Assembly: GCA_030765505.1 (NCBI GenBank) | Contig: JAVCCL010000004.1 | Coordinates: 35,933 to 99,932 of the forward strand | Reading direction: 5' to 3' | DNA: 64,000 bases | Source: Candidatus Kaelpia imicola | Lineage (GTDB): Bacteria; Omnitrophota; Gorgyraeia; Kaelpiales; Kaelpiaceae | Shown: piece after piece, positions 27,074 through 36,184 of the stretch | How positions within the stretch are numbered: position 1 is the first letter of the stretch | How the letters are laid out: each line of letters starts with the position of its first letter | The notes under the pieces: generated by a model | What the model was told of the DNA's origin: nothing | The model's input: the letters and a program-made list of their open reading frames with translations, nothing else | Database searches by the model: none | Made by a program: the position numbers and the translations under genes

Positions 27074-28336
27074 ATGGACAAGATAAAGATAAGAGGTGTC
27101 AACAAGCTGGTTGGCAGCGTGGATATATCGGGAGCAAAGAACTCCCTGCTCCCGATTCTTGCTGCAACATTGCTTAGTGATGAAGAGTGCATTATAGATA
27201 ATATATCCAATCTAAAAGATGTTAAGACTATGGTCCAGATTTTAGGGTGTCTGGGAGTATTGGTTAGAGAGGAAGGTAAGAGATTCTATGTAGAGCCAAG
27301 AGAATTTTTAGGCAATGAGGCATCTTATGAATTGGTTAAAACCATGAGAGCATCAATATGCATCTTGGGTCCTCTTCTGGCTAGAAAGAGAGAGGCGCGT
27401 GTCTCTTTTCCCGGAGGCTGCATTATAGGGCGAAGACCGATAGATTTACACCTTAAAGGATTAAAATCTTTGGGGGCAAAGATAGAGTGCAAACATGGCT
27501 ATATTAATGCTGAAGCCAGTTCTCTTAAAGGCAGGCGTTTATATTTGGGCGGTCCTTTTGGTTCTTCTGTTCTTGCGACCGCAAACGTTATGATGGCTGC
27601 AACTCTAGCTGAAGGTGAGACTTATATAGAGGCTGCTGCCTCAGAGCCCGAGATTGCTGATCTGGCCGATTTTTTAAATAAGATGGGGGCTAAGATTGAA
27701 GGGGCTGGTTCTCCTATGGTAAAGATAGAGGGTGTTAAAAAGCTGCATGGAGCAAAGCATAGTGTTATACCTGACAGGATTGAAGCAGGTACCTATATGG
27801 TTGCAGCTGCTATAACAGGGGGTGATGTTTTTATAAAGAATGCCCGCGTAGAGCATCTCGGTGCTGTTATAGATACTCTTGATAGCATAGGTTGCATTGT
27901 TAACATAAAAGAGGATGGTATAGGGGTCAAATTTAATGGTAGCTTGAGTTCGTCTGAGATAACAACATTACCTTACCCAGGTTTTCCTACTGATATGCAG
28001 GCTCAGTTTATGTCGCTTCTTGCAGTCTCCGATGGAGTTAGTGTTATAACCGAGAAAGTTTTTCCTGAAAGATTTATTCATGTAGGGGAGTTAAATAGGA
28101 TGGGAGCGGATATAAGCTTAGAGGGTCCTACCGCTATAATTAAAGGAGTAAGCAGTTTAAGCGCTGCTGATGTAATGGCTTCAGATTTGAGGGCTTCAGC
28201 GGCATTAATCTTAGCTGGATTGGTTGCAGAGGGTGATACTGTAATATCTAGAGTCTATCATTTAGATAGAGGTTATGAGAGAATAGTGGAGAAACTTAGA
28301 AGTCTGGGTGCCCAGATAGAGAGGGTAAAAGAATAA
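27074..28336 (+). CDS. murA: UDP-N-acetylglucosamine 1-carboxyvinyltransferase
   Basis: 420 aa EPSP-synthase fold; MDKIKIRG...GAKNSLLPIL. Confidence 0.9.
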   Translation: MDKIKIRGVNKLVGSVDISGAKNSLLPILAATLLSDEECIIDNISNLKDVKTMVQILGCLGVLVREEGKRFYVEPREFLGNEASYELVKTMRASICILGPLLARKREARVSFPGGCIIGRRPIDLHLKGLKSLGAKIECKHGYINAEASSLKGRRLYLGGPFGSSVLATANVMMAATLAEGETYIEAAASEPEIADLADFLNKMGAKIEGAGSPMVKIEGVKKLHGAKHSVIPDRIEAGTYMVAAAITGGDVFIKNARVEHLGAVIDTLDSIGCIVNIKEDGIGVKFNGSLSSSEITTLPYPGFPTDMQAQFMSLLAVSDGVSVITEKVFPERFIHVGELNRMGADISLEGPTAIIKGVSSLSAADVMASDLRASAALILAGLVAEGDTVISRVYHLDRGYERIVEKLRSLGAQIERVKE

Positions 28337-28378
28337 AACGTATTAGTGCAGTAAATTTAAATTCTAAGGAGGTAGGAG

Positions 28379-28657
28379 ATGGCTGTTAAGATCAGGTTAA
28401 GAAGAATGGGTAAGAAGAAAGCTCCTCATTACAGGATAGTTGTAGTTGACTCTAGAGCTGCAAGAGACGGTAGGTTTATAGAACAGATTGGATCTTATGA
28501 TCCCAGAAAAGAGGCTACTCAAGCCAAGATTGACAGGGAGAAGGCTATGGAGTGGATTAAGAAGGGTGCTCAGCTAAGTGAGACCGTTAAGTCTTTGATG
28601 AAAAAAAACGGCATGGATCCAGACGAGTTTAAAAAAGCGATAAAGAAGAAAAAGTAA
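28379..28657 (+). CDS. rpsP: 30S ribosomal protein S16
   Basis: [22 protein letters not shown]. Confidence 0.95.
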   Translation: MAVKIRLRRMGKKKAPHYRIVVVDSRAARDGRFIEQIGSYDPRKEATQAKIDREKAMEWIKKGAQLSETVKSLMKKNGMDPDEFKKAIKKKK

Positions 28658-28658
28658 G

Positions 28659-29351
28659 ATGGTCATAGATGTTTTGACTCTCTTCCCAAGCATGTTTAAG
28701 TCGGTAATCTCTGAGTCTATATTAAAACGAGCTCAGGAAAAAGAGCTGGTAGACATAAACCTTCACGATTTAAGAGGCTGGACATCTGATAAGAGAGGTA
28801 CTGTAGATGATAGACCGTTTGGCGGAGGACCGGGGATGGTCTTAAAGCCAGAGCCTATTTTTAAAGCTTTAAATGAGCTAAGAAGAGAGGATTCCTATGT
28901 TATTCTTCTTGGCCCTTCCGGGAAGAGGTTAGAGCAGAGCTATCTGGTAAAGTTAAGGTCTAGAAATCATATTATTTTGATCTGCGGTCATTATGAAGAT
29001 GTGGATGAGAGGGTTAAAAAATATTTAATAGACCAGGAAGTATCTGTGGGGGATTATATATTGACTTGCGGGGAGTTGCCTGCAATGATAGTCATAGATT
29101 CCCTCGTACGTCTTCTGCCTGACGTTTTAGGCAATAAAGATGCAAATGAGCGGGAGTCTTTTAATAGAGGGTTGTTAGAGTACCCTCAATATACAAGACC
29201 GGCTGGTTTTAATGGTTGGAGTGTTCCGGATGTTCTTTTAAGTGGTGACCATAAAGAGATAGAACAGTGGAGATTTGAAAAGTCGTTGGAGAAAACAGAG
29301 AGATTGCGGCCGGATTTATACGATAATTTTAAAAAGAACAATAAAATATAA
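28659..29351 (+). CDS. trmD: tRNA (guanine37-N1)-methyltransferase
   Basis: MVIDVLTLFPSMF N-terminus; rpsP-trmD-rplS linkage. Confidence 0.9.
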   Translation: MVIDVLTLFPSMFKSVISESILKRAQEKELVDINLHDLRGWTSDKRGTVDDRPFGGGPGMVLKPEPIFKALNELRREDSYVILLGPSGKRLEQSYLVKLRSRNHIILICGHYEDVDERVKKYLIDQEVSVGDYILTCGELPAMIVIDSLVRLLPDVLGNKDANERESFNRGLLEYPQYTRPAGFNGWSVPDVLLSGDHKEIEQWRFEKSLEKTERLRPDLYDNFKKNNKI

Positions 29352-29361
29352 GGAGGAGAAG

Positions 29362-29742
29362 ATGTCCGATATTATCAGAGAAGTAGAGCAGAAGTATAGT
29401 AAAGAAAAATTACCTGAATTTAATGTGGGAGATATTGTTAAGGTCTATATTAAAATACAGGAGGGAGAGAGAAGTAGGAAGCAGATCTTTGAGGGTATAG
29501 TTATCTCTATAAGGGGATCAGGTATAAGAAGGTCTTTTACTGTAAGAAAGATAAGCTATGGCGAAGGTGTAGAGAAGGTTTTTCCGCTGCATTCACCTGC
29601 CGTTGAAAAGGTAGCTGTTGTAAGAAGGGGAGATGTTAAAAAAGCAAAGCTTTACTATTTAAGAGAGAGAGTAGGTAAAAAGGCAACAAGAGTCAAAGAG
29701 AAGATAGGCGGTTCAAAAAGAGCAGCCAAGGAGAAAAAATAG
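29362..29742 (+). CDS. rplS: 50S ribosomal protein L19
   Basis: Start moved to the ATG at 29362, preceded by AGGAGG; MSDIIREVEQ...FNVGDIVKV. Confidence 0.9.
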   Translation: MSDIIREVEQKYSKEKLPEFNVGDIVKVYIKIQEGERSRKQIFEGIVISIRGSGIRRSFTVRKISYGEGVEKVFPLHSPAVEKVAVVRRGDVKKAKLYYLRERVGKKATRVKEKIGGSKRAAKEKK

Positions 29743-29771
29743 AAAAGAGTTTTATAGAAAAAGGGTTCTCC

Positions 29772-30353
29772 TTGATTGCAGGGGTAGATGAAGTAGGGCG
29801 CGGAGCGCTTGCCGGTCCTGTTGTAGCAGCTGCAGTATCGTTTGGCAGGGAGGTATTAAAGAATAGAAGCAGCATCTTTAAAGGCGAGATAAAAGATTCT
29901 AAACTTTTAAGTGCTCGTAAGAGGGAAGAGTTGTTTTTTAAAATCTCTAAATTTGCTAAAGTTGCGACCTATAGTATCTCTCATCAGAAGATTGATGAGG
30001 TAAATATTCTGGAAGCTACAAAACTTGCTATGAAGGAAGCCATTCTCTCCCTGAGTCTAAAACCTGACTTAGTGCTTATAGACGGGAATATAACTCTGGA
30101 TTTAAAGCTGGCTCAGGTTCCAATACCGGGAGGGGATAGAGTATGTTTCTCTATTTCAGCCGCCTCTATTATAGCCAAAGTGACAAGAGATAGGTATATG
30201 GTAGAGATGGATAATAAGTATGGCAATTATAATTTTGTTCAAAATAAAGGATATGGTACGAAAGAGCATATGGAATTACTTCGTCTTCATGGCCCATCTC
30301 CGATACATAGAAAGACATTTGCACCTCTAAAGAATAGAGCTTTTAAAGTATAG
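29772..30353 (+). CDS. rnhB: Ribonuclease HII
   Basis: IAGVDEVGRGALAGPVVAAAV catalytic N-terminus. Confidence 0.9.
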   Translation: MIAGVDEVGRGALAGPVVAAAVSFGREVLKNRSSIFKGEIKDSKLLSARKREELFFKISKFAKVATYSISHQKIDEVNILEATKLAMKEAILSLSLKPDLVLIDGNITLDLKLAQVPIPGGDRVCFSISAASIIAKVTRDRYMVEMDNKYGNYNFVQNKGYGTKEHMELLRLHGPSPIHRKTFAPLKNRAFKV

Positions 30354-30469
30354 TGGTAAATTTTTCAGATTCTATTAATAAATAGAGAATTTAGGCAAAG
30401 AATATATTTATGCTGTAACTCTCTATTCCTATTGAGATAGCCAATGCCTGTCTACCGATAGGCAGAGTA

Positions 30470-30510
30470 CTTGTCTCCGGTAGGGTAGAGCGCGGGACTG
30501 AAAATCCAAT
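30470..30510 (+). other. tRNA-Phe-like relic (D-arm 3' half through anticodon loop only)
   Basis: ccggtagggtagagcgcgggactgaaaatcc matches the GGTAGAGC-AGGGGAtTGAAAATCC segment of bacterial tRNA-Phe(GAA), 23/25 nt by my recall. The 3' anticodon-stem strand, T-arm and acceptor are absent or unpaired. Confidence 0.4.
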
Positions 30511-30754
30511 TCAGGAAAATTCTGTAACTTCCATAAAATTAAAAAATTAGATATAACTACTTCATAAATCAAGCAACTATTATCATGAATTCTTCACTTT
30601 ATCATCTGTTTGGCTGTATTCTGGTCACATTTTGGTTGCAACCCCCTTCAATATGTTACACTACTTTTTACAGATTAAGATTCCAAAATTAGTAATATTG
30701 TTATATCCTATTGTATAGTTATATTTTAACTATATTTTTAAACCGGGATATTTT

Positions 30755-32395
30755 ATGAAAGTTAAAAAGATTACAGATGTTGCAGATAGGATTGGATTAA
30801 GCAGCAAAGACTACTTGGCTTACGGGGATTTTAAAGCCAAGGTCAGATTATCTATTCGAGAGAAGGTCAAAAATAGAGAAGAAGGTAAGCTTATATTTGT
30901 AACCTCTATAAATCCTACTCCTTCAGGAGAAGGTAAGACAACAACATCTATAGGATTAACCCAGAGTTTAAATAGAATGGGTAGAAAGACCCTGCTCTGT
31001 TTGCGTCAGCCTTCGTTGGGTCCTGTCTTTGGTAGAAAAGGAGGAGCAGCGGGAGGTGGAAAAGCCTCTCTCTATCCGTTCTCCGATATAAATCTTCACT
31101 TAACAGGTGATTTTCATGCCATAGCTGTTGCTCATAACCTTTTGGCGGCTGTTATAGATAATCATATTTACTGGGGAAATAAGCTGGGCATCGATAGAGA
31201 TAGAGTACTTTGGAATAGAGTTTTAGATGTAAACGATAGAACCTTAAGAGGAGTTTCTATTGGTCTGGGTTTGAAAGGTGAAAACTATCCTAGGAATAGC
31301 GGTTTTAAGATTACATCTGCGTCTGAGCTGATGGCTATACTTGCTCTTTTTAAAAACAGAAGAGATATCGAAAAAATGATATCCCGTATTATGATTGCTT
31401 ACGATAAAGATGGTTCTCCTGTTTATGCCAGAGACCTAAAAGTTGTACCTGCAATATCACTTCTTTTAAAAGATGCTATGATGCCTAATCTTGTTCAGAC
31501 CCAGGAAGGCGACCCTGTCTTTGTACATACCGGACCATTTGCTAATATAGCCCATGGTAACTCTAGCCTTGTAGCTACTGAGATGGCTTTAAAACTTGCA
31601 GATTATGTTATAACAGAAGGAGGTTTCGGTTCTGATTTAGGGTTTGAAAAATTTATAGATATTGTAGCCAGAAAGGGTAGTTTTAAAATATCCTCAGTTG
31701 TACTTGTAGTCTCTTTGCGAGCCTTAAAATATCATGGCGGGCTTAGTTTGGAAAAGATTAACAGAGCCAATAGTGCTGCCTTAAAAAAGGGATTGGTCAA
31801 TCTTGCGCATCATGTTGGAATTGTACGCAGGTTCAATCTTGAGCCTATTGTCTGTATAAATAGGTTTAAGCAGGATAAAGATAGTGAGATCGAATCTTTA
31901 AAGAGGTATTGCTTCGGAGTTCTAGGGGTTGAAGTTGCAGTCTCTGATGTATATGCTAAAGGTTCTAGAGGCGGATATGAGTTGGCAGAGAAGGTTTTAT
32001 CAGGTATCTCTTACAAAAAGAGTAAGATGAAAGTGCTTTATGGTTTGAACCAGACTCTTAAGGATAAAATTTTAAAAATAGCAGAAAATATCTATGGAGC
32101 TTCTGGAGTTGATTATACAGAAGAGGCAGAGAGGAAGATAGATTCATTTCAGAGCCTCGGTTACGGAAGACTTCCCGTGAGTATAGCCAAGACCCAGTTC
32201 TCTTTAACTCATAATCCGCGAATTAAAGGAGTTAAAAAGGATTGGAAGTTACTGATAAAAGATATTGTTATCTCAAGCGGTGCAGGTTTCTTGATACCGA
32301 TTACAGGAGATATGCTTCTTCTGCCTGGACTGCCCGAACATCCGGTACTTGAGAACATAAAATTTTCTAAAGGTGAATATGAGGGACTTTTTTAA
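30755..32395 (+). CDS. fhs: Formate--tetrahydrofolate ligase
   Basis: P-loop-like PTPSGEGKTTTSIGL; 546 aa. Confidence 0.95.
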   Translation: MKVKKITDVADRIGLSSKDYLAYGDFKAKVRLSIREKVKNREEGKLIFVTSINPTPSGEGKTTTSIGLTQSLNRMGRKTLLCLRQPSLGPVFGRKGGAAGGGKASLYPFSDINLHLTGDFHAIAVAHNLLAAVIDNHIYWGNKLGIDRDRVLWNRVLDVNDRTLRGVSIGLGLKGENYPRNSGFKITSASELMAILALFKNRRDIEKMISRIMIAYDKDGSPVYARDLKVVPAISLLLKDAMMPNLVQTQEGDPVFVHTGPFANIAHGNSSLVATEMALKLADYVITEGGFGSDLGFEKFIDIVARKGSFKISSVVLVVSLRALKYHGGLSLEKINRANSAALKKGLVNLAHHVGIVRRFNLEPIVCINRFKQDKDSEIESLKRYCFGVLGVEVAVSDVYAKGSRGGYELAEKVLSGISYKKSKMKVLYGLNQTLKDKILKIAENIYGASGVDYTEEAERKIDSFQSLGYGRLPVSIAKTQFSLTHNPRIKGVKKDWKLLIKDIVISSGAGFLIPITGDMLLLPGLPEHPVLENIKFSKGEYEGLF

Positions 32396-32982
32396 TGGAT
32401 AGAGTGATAGACGGTAGTTTAAAGGAGTATTTAGCAGGTTTAGGAGAGAAGATTCCGGCTCCGGGCGGAGGCAGCGCTACTGCTGCCGTGCTCTGTTGCG
32501 GGATATCTCTGCATAAGAAATGTTTGTTATACAGTTCTAGTAATTTCGAAAAAGAGAGTTTTAAAAATATAAAGTTATCTTTAGACCAGGCTATAGAGAA
32601 GGCCTTAGCTCTAATTGATAGAGATAGAGAGGTCTATCTAAAGTTAAATGATTTGATTAAAGATAGATCAGCCAATAAAGATGAGATTCAGGAAGCTTAT
32701 CGTGATGCAGCATCTGTTCCTCTTGAGATGATCAGAATAGTCATAACTGTTCTTGATCTGATAAATAGATCTATAGGTAAGATTAAAATGATATTTGTTT
32801 CAGATATTATGGCTGCAATGAGTTTTTTAGAAGCTGTTTTTGATTCTGCTTTAATTTTCGTTGAAATAAATTTAAAATCTATCGATGTGAGTTTTAAGGA
32901 ATTTTCGGGTTTTGATGAAGAAGAGATTAAAAAGCTGAGAGAAGATTTTAAAAGAATTGGTATAGAGCTAGAGAATGAATAA
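32395..32982 (+). CDS. fchA: Methenyltetrahydrofolate cyclohydrolase (FchA, cyclodeaminase-domain family)
   Basis: IPAPGGGSATAAV motif of the formiminotransferase-cyclodeaminase C-domain; ~195 aa. Confidence 0.6.
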   Translation: MDRVIDGSLKEYLAGLGEKIPAPGGGSATAAVLCCGISLHKKCLLYSSSNFEKESFKNIKLSLDQAIEKALALIDRDREVYLKLNDLIKDRSANKDEIQEAYRDAASVPLEMIRIVITVLDLINRSIGKIKMIFVSDIMAAMSFLEAVFDSALIFVEINLKSIDVSFKEFSGFDEEEIKKLREDFKRIGIELENE

Positions 32983-33841
32983 TATAATAGATGGCAAAAA
33001 TATAGCTTCGGTTTTAGCCGAAGGATTAAAAAAAGAATTCTCTTTACTGAAAGAGTCTTGTGATGTTAAAGCAAAGATGGCAGCTTTCTGCTTCAGCGAT
33101 GATTCAGCTTCAGATATATACATAAAAGCCCAAGCTAAGATAGCAACTTATTTAGGGGTTGAATATCAGCTCTTTAAATTGGGACAGGATTTGAGTCTAA
33201 CTGCTTTAAAACAGAAGTTTACTAATTCAAATGGCGATTCTGATTTAGATGGTATTATTATTATGCAGCCTCTATCGGATTCTCTTGATTACAGGTCATT
33301 GCTTTTGGATATGGATCCAGCTAAAGATATTGAAGGTGTCCATCCTGTAAATCTTGGTAATCTTATCTCTTCTGATTCAGTGTTGATACCGCCTACAGCT
33401 GCAGCTGTTATGAATATTTTAGATAGCTGTGTTGAAGATTATGTTGGTTCTGAGGTTGTAGTAATTGGACATAGTTATATAGTGGGTAAACCGTTGACTA
33501 TGCTGCTTGCAGACAAGCTTGCAACTGTTACCCTCTGTCATATTGGTACCTCAAAGGTTAATAGATTAGAGGAACATGTTAAGAGAGCAGATATTCTTAT
33601 TGCAGCCGTTGGTAAGCCTGGACTTATAAAAGGTGAATGGATAAAAGAGGGTGCTGTTGTTGTAGATGTAGGCATAAATAAGGTTGGTGCTGATATTGTA
33701 GGAGATGTTGAGTTTGAAAAAGCGAGAAAGAGGGCTAGCTATATTACTCCTGTTCCAGCGGGAGTAGGCCCCCTGACAACAGTTATGCTGATGAGGAATC
33801 TATTGTTGGCTCTTAAAAAGAGACGTAACATTAAAATCTAA
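32975..33841 (+). CDS. folD: Bifunctional methylene-THF dehydrogenase / methenyl-THF cyclohydrolase
   Basis: IIDGKNIA start; NADP-binding GHSYIVGKP; PVPAGVGPLT. Confidence 0.9.
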   Translation: MNNIIDGKNIASVLAEGLKKEFSLLKESCDVKAKMAAFCFSDDSASDIYIKAQAKIATYLGVEYQLFKLGQDLSLTALKQKFTNSNGDSDLDGIIIMQPLSDSLDYRSLLLDMDPAKDIEGVHPVNLGNLISSDSVLIPPTAAAVMNILDSCVEDYVGSEVVVIGHSYIVGKPLTMLLADKLATVTLCHIGTSKVNRLEEHVKRADILIAAVGKPGLIKGEWIKEGAVVVDVGINKVGADIVGDVEFEKARKRASYITPVPAGVGPLTTVMLMRNLLLALKKRRNIKI

Positions 33842-33850
33842 TCTATTCAA

Positions 33851-34294
33851 ATGCAGATGAAATATCTTTTGGTTCTATTGCTTTTGGTAGCCAATAAACT
33901 TTATGCTCAAGATCTCTCCGTAAAATATTCTATGGATAGAGAGAGCATCTCTTTGGATGAGGTTTTAAAATACAGGATTTTAGTAACAGGAAGTTTTAAA
34001 ACAACTCCGGCTTTACATGTTCCTGAGCTTCAGAATTTTAAGATTATCTCAAACAGGAAGATGAGCAAGGTTAGTATCTCTGCTGGAGAGATAGTATCTT
34101 CTGTAGAGTTTATCTTTATGCTCTCTCCGCTTAAAGAGGGGTTTTTTGAAATGTCCGGATTTAAAGTAGAAGCAGGAGACGTAGAGTATGAGGTTGAAGC
34201 TATAAAGATAAAGGTTAGTGGGAGTAAAGATAGCATCTTACCTAAAGAAGATAATGACGGCTCAGAGAATAGTGAAGAAAAAATTTGGCTATGA
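33851..34294 (+). CDS. Hypothetical secreted protein
   Basis: Signal peptide MQMKYLLVLLLLVANKLYAQ; 147 aa. Confidence 0.5.
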   Translation: MQMKYLLVLLLLVANKLYAQDLSVKYSMDRESISLDEVLKYRILVTGSFKTTPALHVPELQNFKIISNRKMSKVSISAGEIVSSVEFIFMLSPLKEGFFEMSGFKVEAGDVEYEVEAIKIKVSGSKDSILPKEDNDGSENSEEKIWL

Positions 34295-35214
34295 AAAACA
34301 TTGCTTTCCTAAAAAATGTACTGTTTAATTCTATGGGACTTAAGAGAGGGGAAAACCTTCTCTTTATAACGGATAGACTGCTTTATCCAATAGCCGAACT
34401 CTTCTACAGCAACTCTTTAAAGTTGGGATCTGAATCCCTTCTCGTTAAGATACCCGATATGGAAATAGATGGTCAGGAGCCTTCATCTGTAGTGGCTAAA
34501 ATCCTTAAGACTGCAGATGTTGCTTTGCTTATGACTTCAAAATCACTCTCACATACCAGAGCCAGAAAAGAGGCTTCTAAATCAGGAGTTAGAATTGCTT
34601 CTATGCCTGGGATAAGTTATGAGGTTGTAATGCGCAGTTTAAATCTGGACTATAGAGAGATTAAGCGTTCAGTCAAGAGAGTATCCGATAGGCTCTCTAA
34701 AGCCAGGAGGGCCAGGGTTTTGACATCCAAAGGTACCGACATATCTTTTTCAATAGAGAGTAGGGTTGGACTTGGAGATTACGGTATTTATAAAAAAAAG
34801 GGTGACTTTGGCAACCTTCCTGCAGGTGAGGCTTTTATAGCCCCTCTTGAAAGTTCAGCTAACGGTATCGTGGTCTTTGATGGTTCTATTGCTGGTTTTG
34901 GTAAATTGAGTAAAGATATAAAGGTCTGGATTGAGAGAGGTAAGCTTGTAAAGAGTAAGCCTGGTAAGTTTATGAATTCTATCTCTAGTTTTGGCGATAA
35001 GGCTTTAAACTTAGCAGAGTTTGGAATAGGTTTAAATCCCAAAGCTAAGGTTACAGGTAATGTATTAGAAGATGAGAAAACTCTTAATACAGCCCACTTT
35101 GCATTTGGAACCAATAAAAGTTTTGGCGGTAGAGTAAATGCCGGGATACATATCGATGCGGTTTTCTTTGACCCTCAGATATATTTAGATTCCAAGAGAT
35201 TGAATATTTCTTAG
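34285..35214 (+). CDS. Aminopeptidase-like protein (peptidase M29/AmpS-like, short form)
   Basis: GEAFIAPLE and GTNKSFGG...IHIDAVF metal-binding-like motifs. Confidence 0.45.
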   Translation: MAMKNIAFLKNVLFNSMGLKRGENLLFITDRLLYPIAELFYSNSLKLGSESLLVKIPDMEIDGQEPSSVVAKILKTADVALLMTSKSLSHTRARKEASKSGVRIASMPGISYEVVMRSLNLDYREIKRSVKRVSDRLSKARRARVLTSKGTDISFSIESRVGLGDYGIYKKKGDFGNLPAGEAFIAPLESSANGIVVFDGSIAGFGKLSKDIKVWIERGKLVKSKPGKFMNSISSFGDKALNLAEFGIGLNPKAKVTGNVLEDEKTLNTAHFAFGTNKSFGGRVNAGIHIDAVFFDPQIYLDSKRLNIS

Positions 35215-35280
35215 CCTAACTCAAAATAGAAATGACAGGAGTTGTTAAAGTTTCTTCTCTATGCTAAAATCTCATCTATT

Positions 35281-36183
35281 ATGAAGATATTAATTATAGG
35301 CGTAGGTAATGTTGGTGCTCACATAGGATACCTTATGCTATTTACCGATTTTATTGATGAGGTATTGATATATGATATTCAGAAAGATATTTTAAAAGGT
35401 AAGGTTTTAGACCTCTCTCATGCCGGGGGTGTATTAAAAAAAGATATTAGGTTTACGGCAGTTGAAGATCTAAATACGGTAGAGGCAGATATTGTAATTA
35501 TAACAGCCGGTATGCCGCGCAAAGAAGGAATGAGTAGGTTTGACCTTCTTGAGGTTAATACCAAGATATTAGATCAGGTAATAGGCGGTATGAATAGACG
35601 TCTTATTGACGAATCTATATTTGTGATAGTCTCTAATCCGGTCGATGTTCTAACATATTGTTTTCATAATAAGACTGCTATTGATAGAAAAAGGCTTATT
35701 GGTATGGCTGGTGCTTTAGATAAGGGTAGATTTAGGTATTATTTGAGTAAGAATACAGGAAAGAATATTACAGAGCTTGAACCTCAGGTTATAGGTTCAC
35801 ATAGTAAAGATATGCTCTGCATCTTTGATACTAATGGTGAAGAGATAGAGCTTTCTAAAAGAGAGACAAAAGAGGCAGGGGCTACAATTGTCTCTTACTA
35901 TAAGGGCGGCAGCGCTTATTTTGCCCCAGCCGCTGGAGTTAAAGTTGTATTAGATGTTATATTAAGCGATAGAAAAGAGATAGTTCCTTCTGTAGCTATT
36001 TTAGATGGGGAATATGGCTATAGCGATATAGCATTTGGTGTTCCAGTTGAAATATCGTCAAATGGAATCGAGAAGATTATTGAATTAGATTTAGATCAGT
36101 TTCAGAAAGAAGATTTAGATAAATCAATAAAAGGGATCAAAGAATCCTTGAGTTTTCTTAAAAAAAGAGGGATTTTGAGTTGA
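35281..36183 (+). CDS. mdh: Malate dehydrogenase (LDH-like family)
   Basis: Rossmann MKILIIGVGNVGAHIG; substrate-specificity GMPRKEGMSRFDLL has the MDH-type Arg; start moved to the ATG at 35281. Confidence 0.75.
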   Translation: MKILIIGVGNVGAHIGYLMLFTDFIDEVLIYDIQKDILKGKVLDLSHAGGVLKKDIRFTAVEDLNTVEADIVIITAGMPRKEGMSRFDLLEVNTKILDQVIGGMNRRLIDESIFVIVSNPVDVLTYCFHNKTAIDRKRLIGMAGALDKGRFRYYLSKNTGKNITELEPQVIGSHSKDMLCIFDTNGEEIELSKRETKEAGATIVSYYKGGSAYFAPAAGVKVVLDVILSDRKEIVPSVAILDGEYGYSDIAFGVPVEISSNGIEKIIELDLDQFQKEDLDKSIKGIKESLSFLKKRGILS

Positions 36184-36184
36184 T

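Noticed and set aside
29275-29361. N-terminal extension of rplS (ORF start at 29275)
   Set aside because: L19 homology begins at the ATG at 29362, which has an AGGAGG SD; the upstream part overlaps the trmD 3' end.
30354-30754. ZTP (pfl) or THF riboswitch upstream of fhs
   Set aside because: Could not find the conserved ZTP core (GGGTCGTGAC...CCGGGG...CCGCCTGGGC-like) or THF elements; only the tRNA-Phe-like fragment and a small hairpin are evident.
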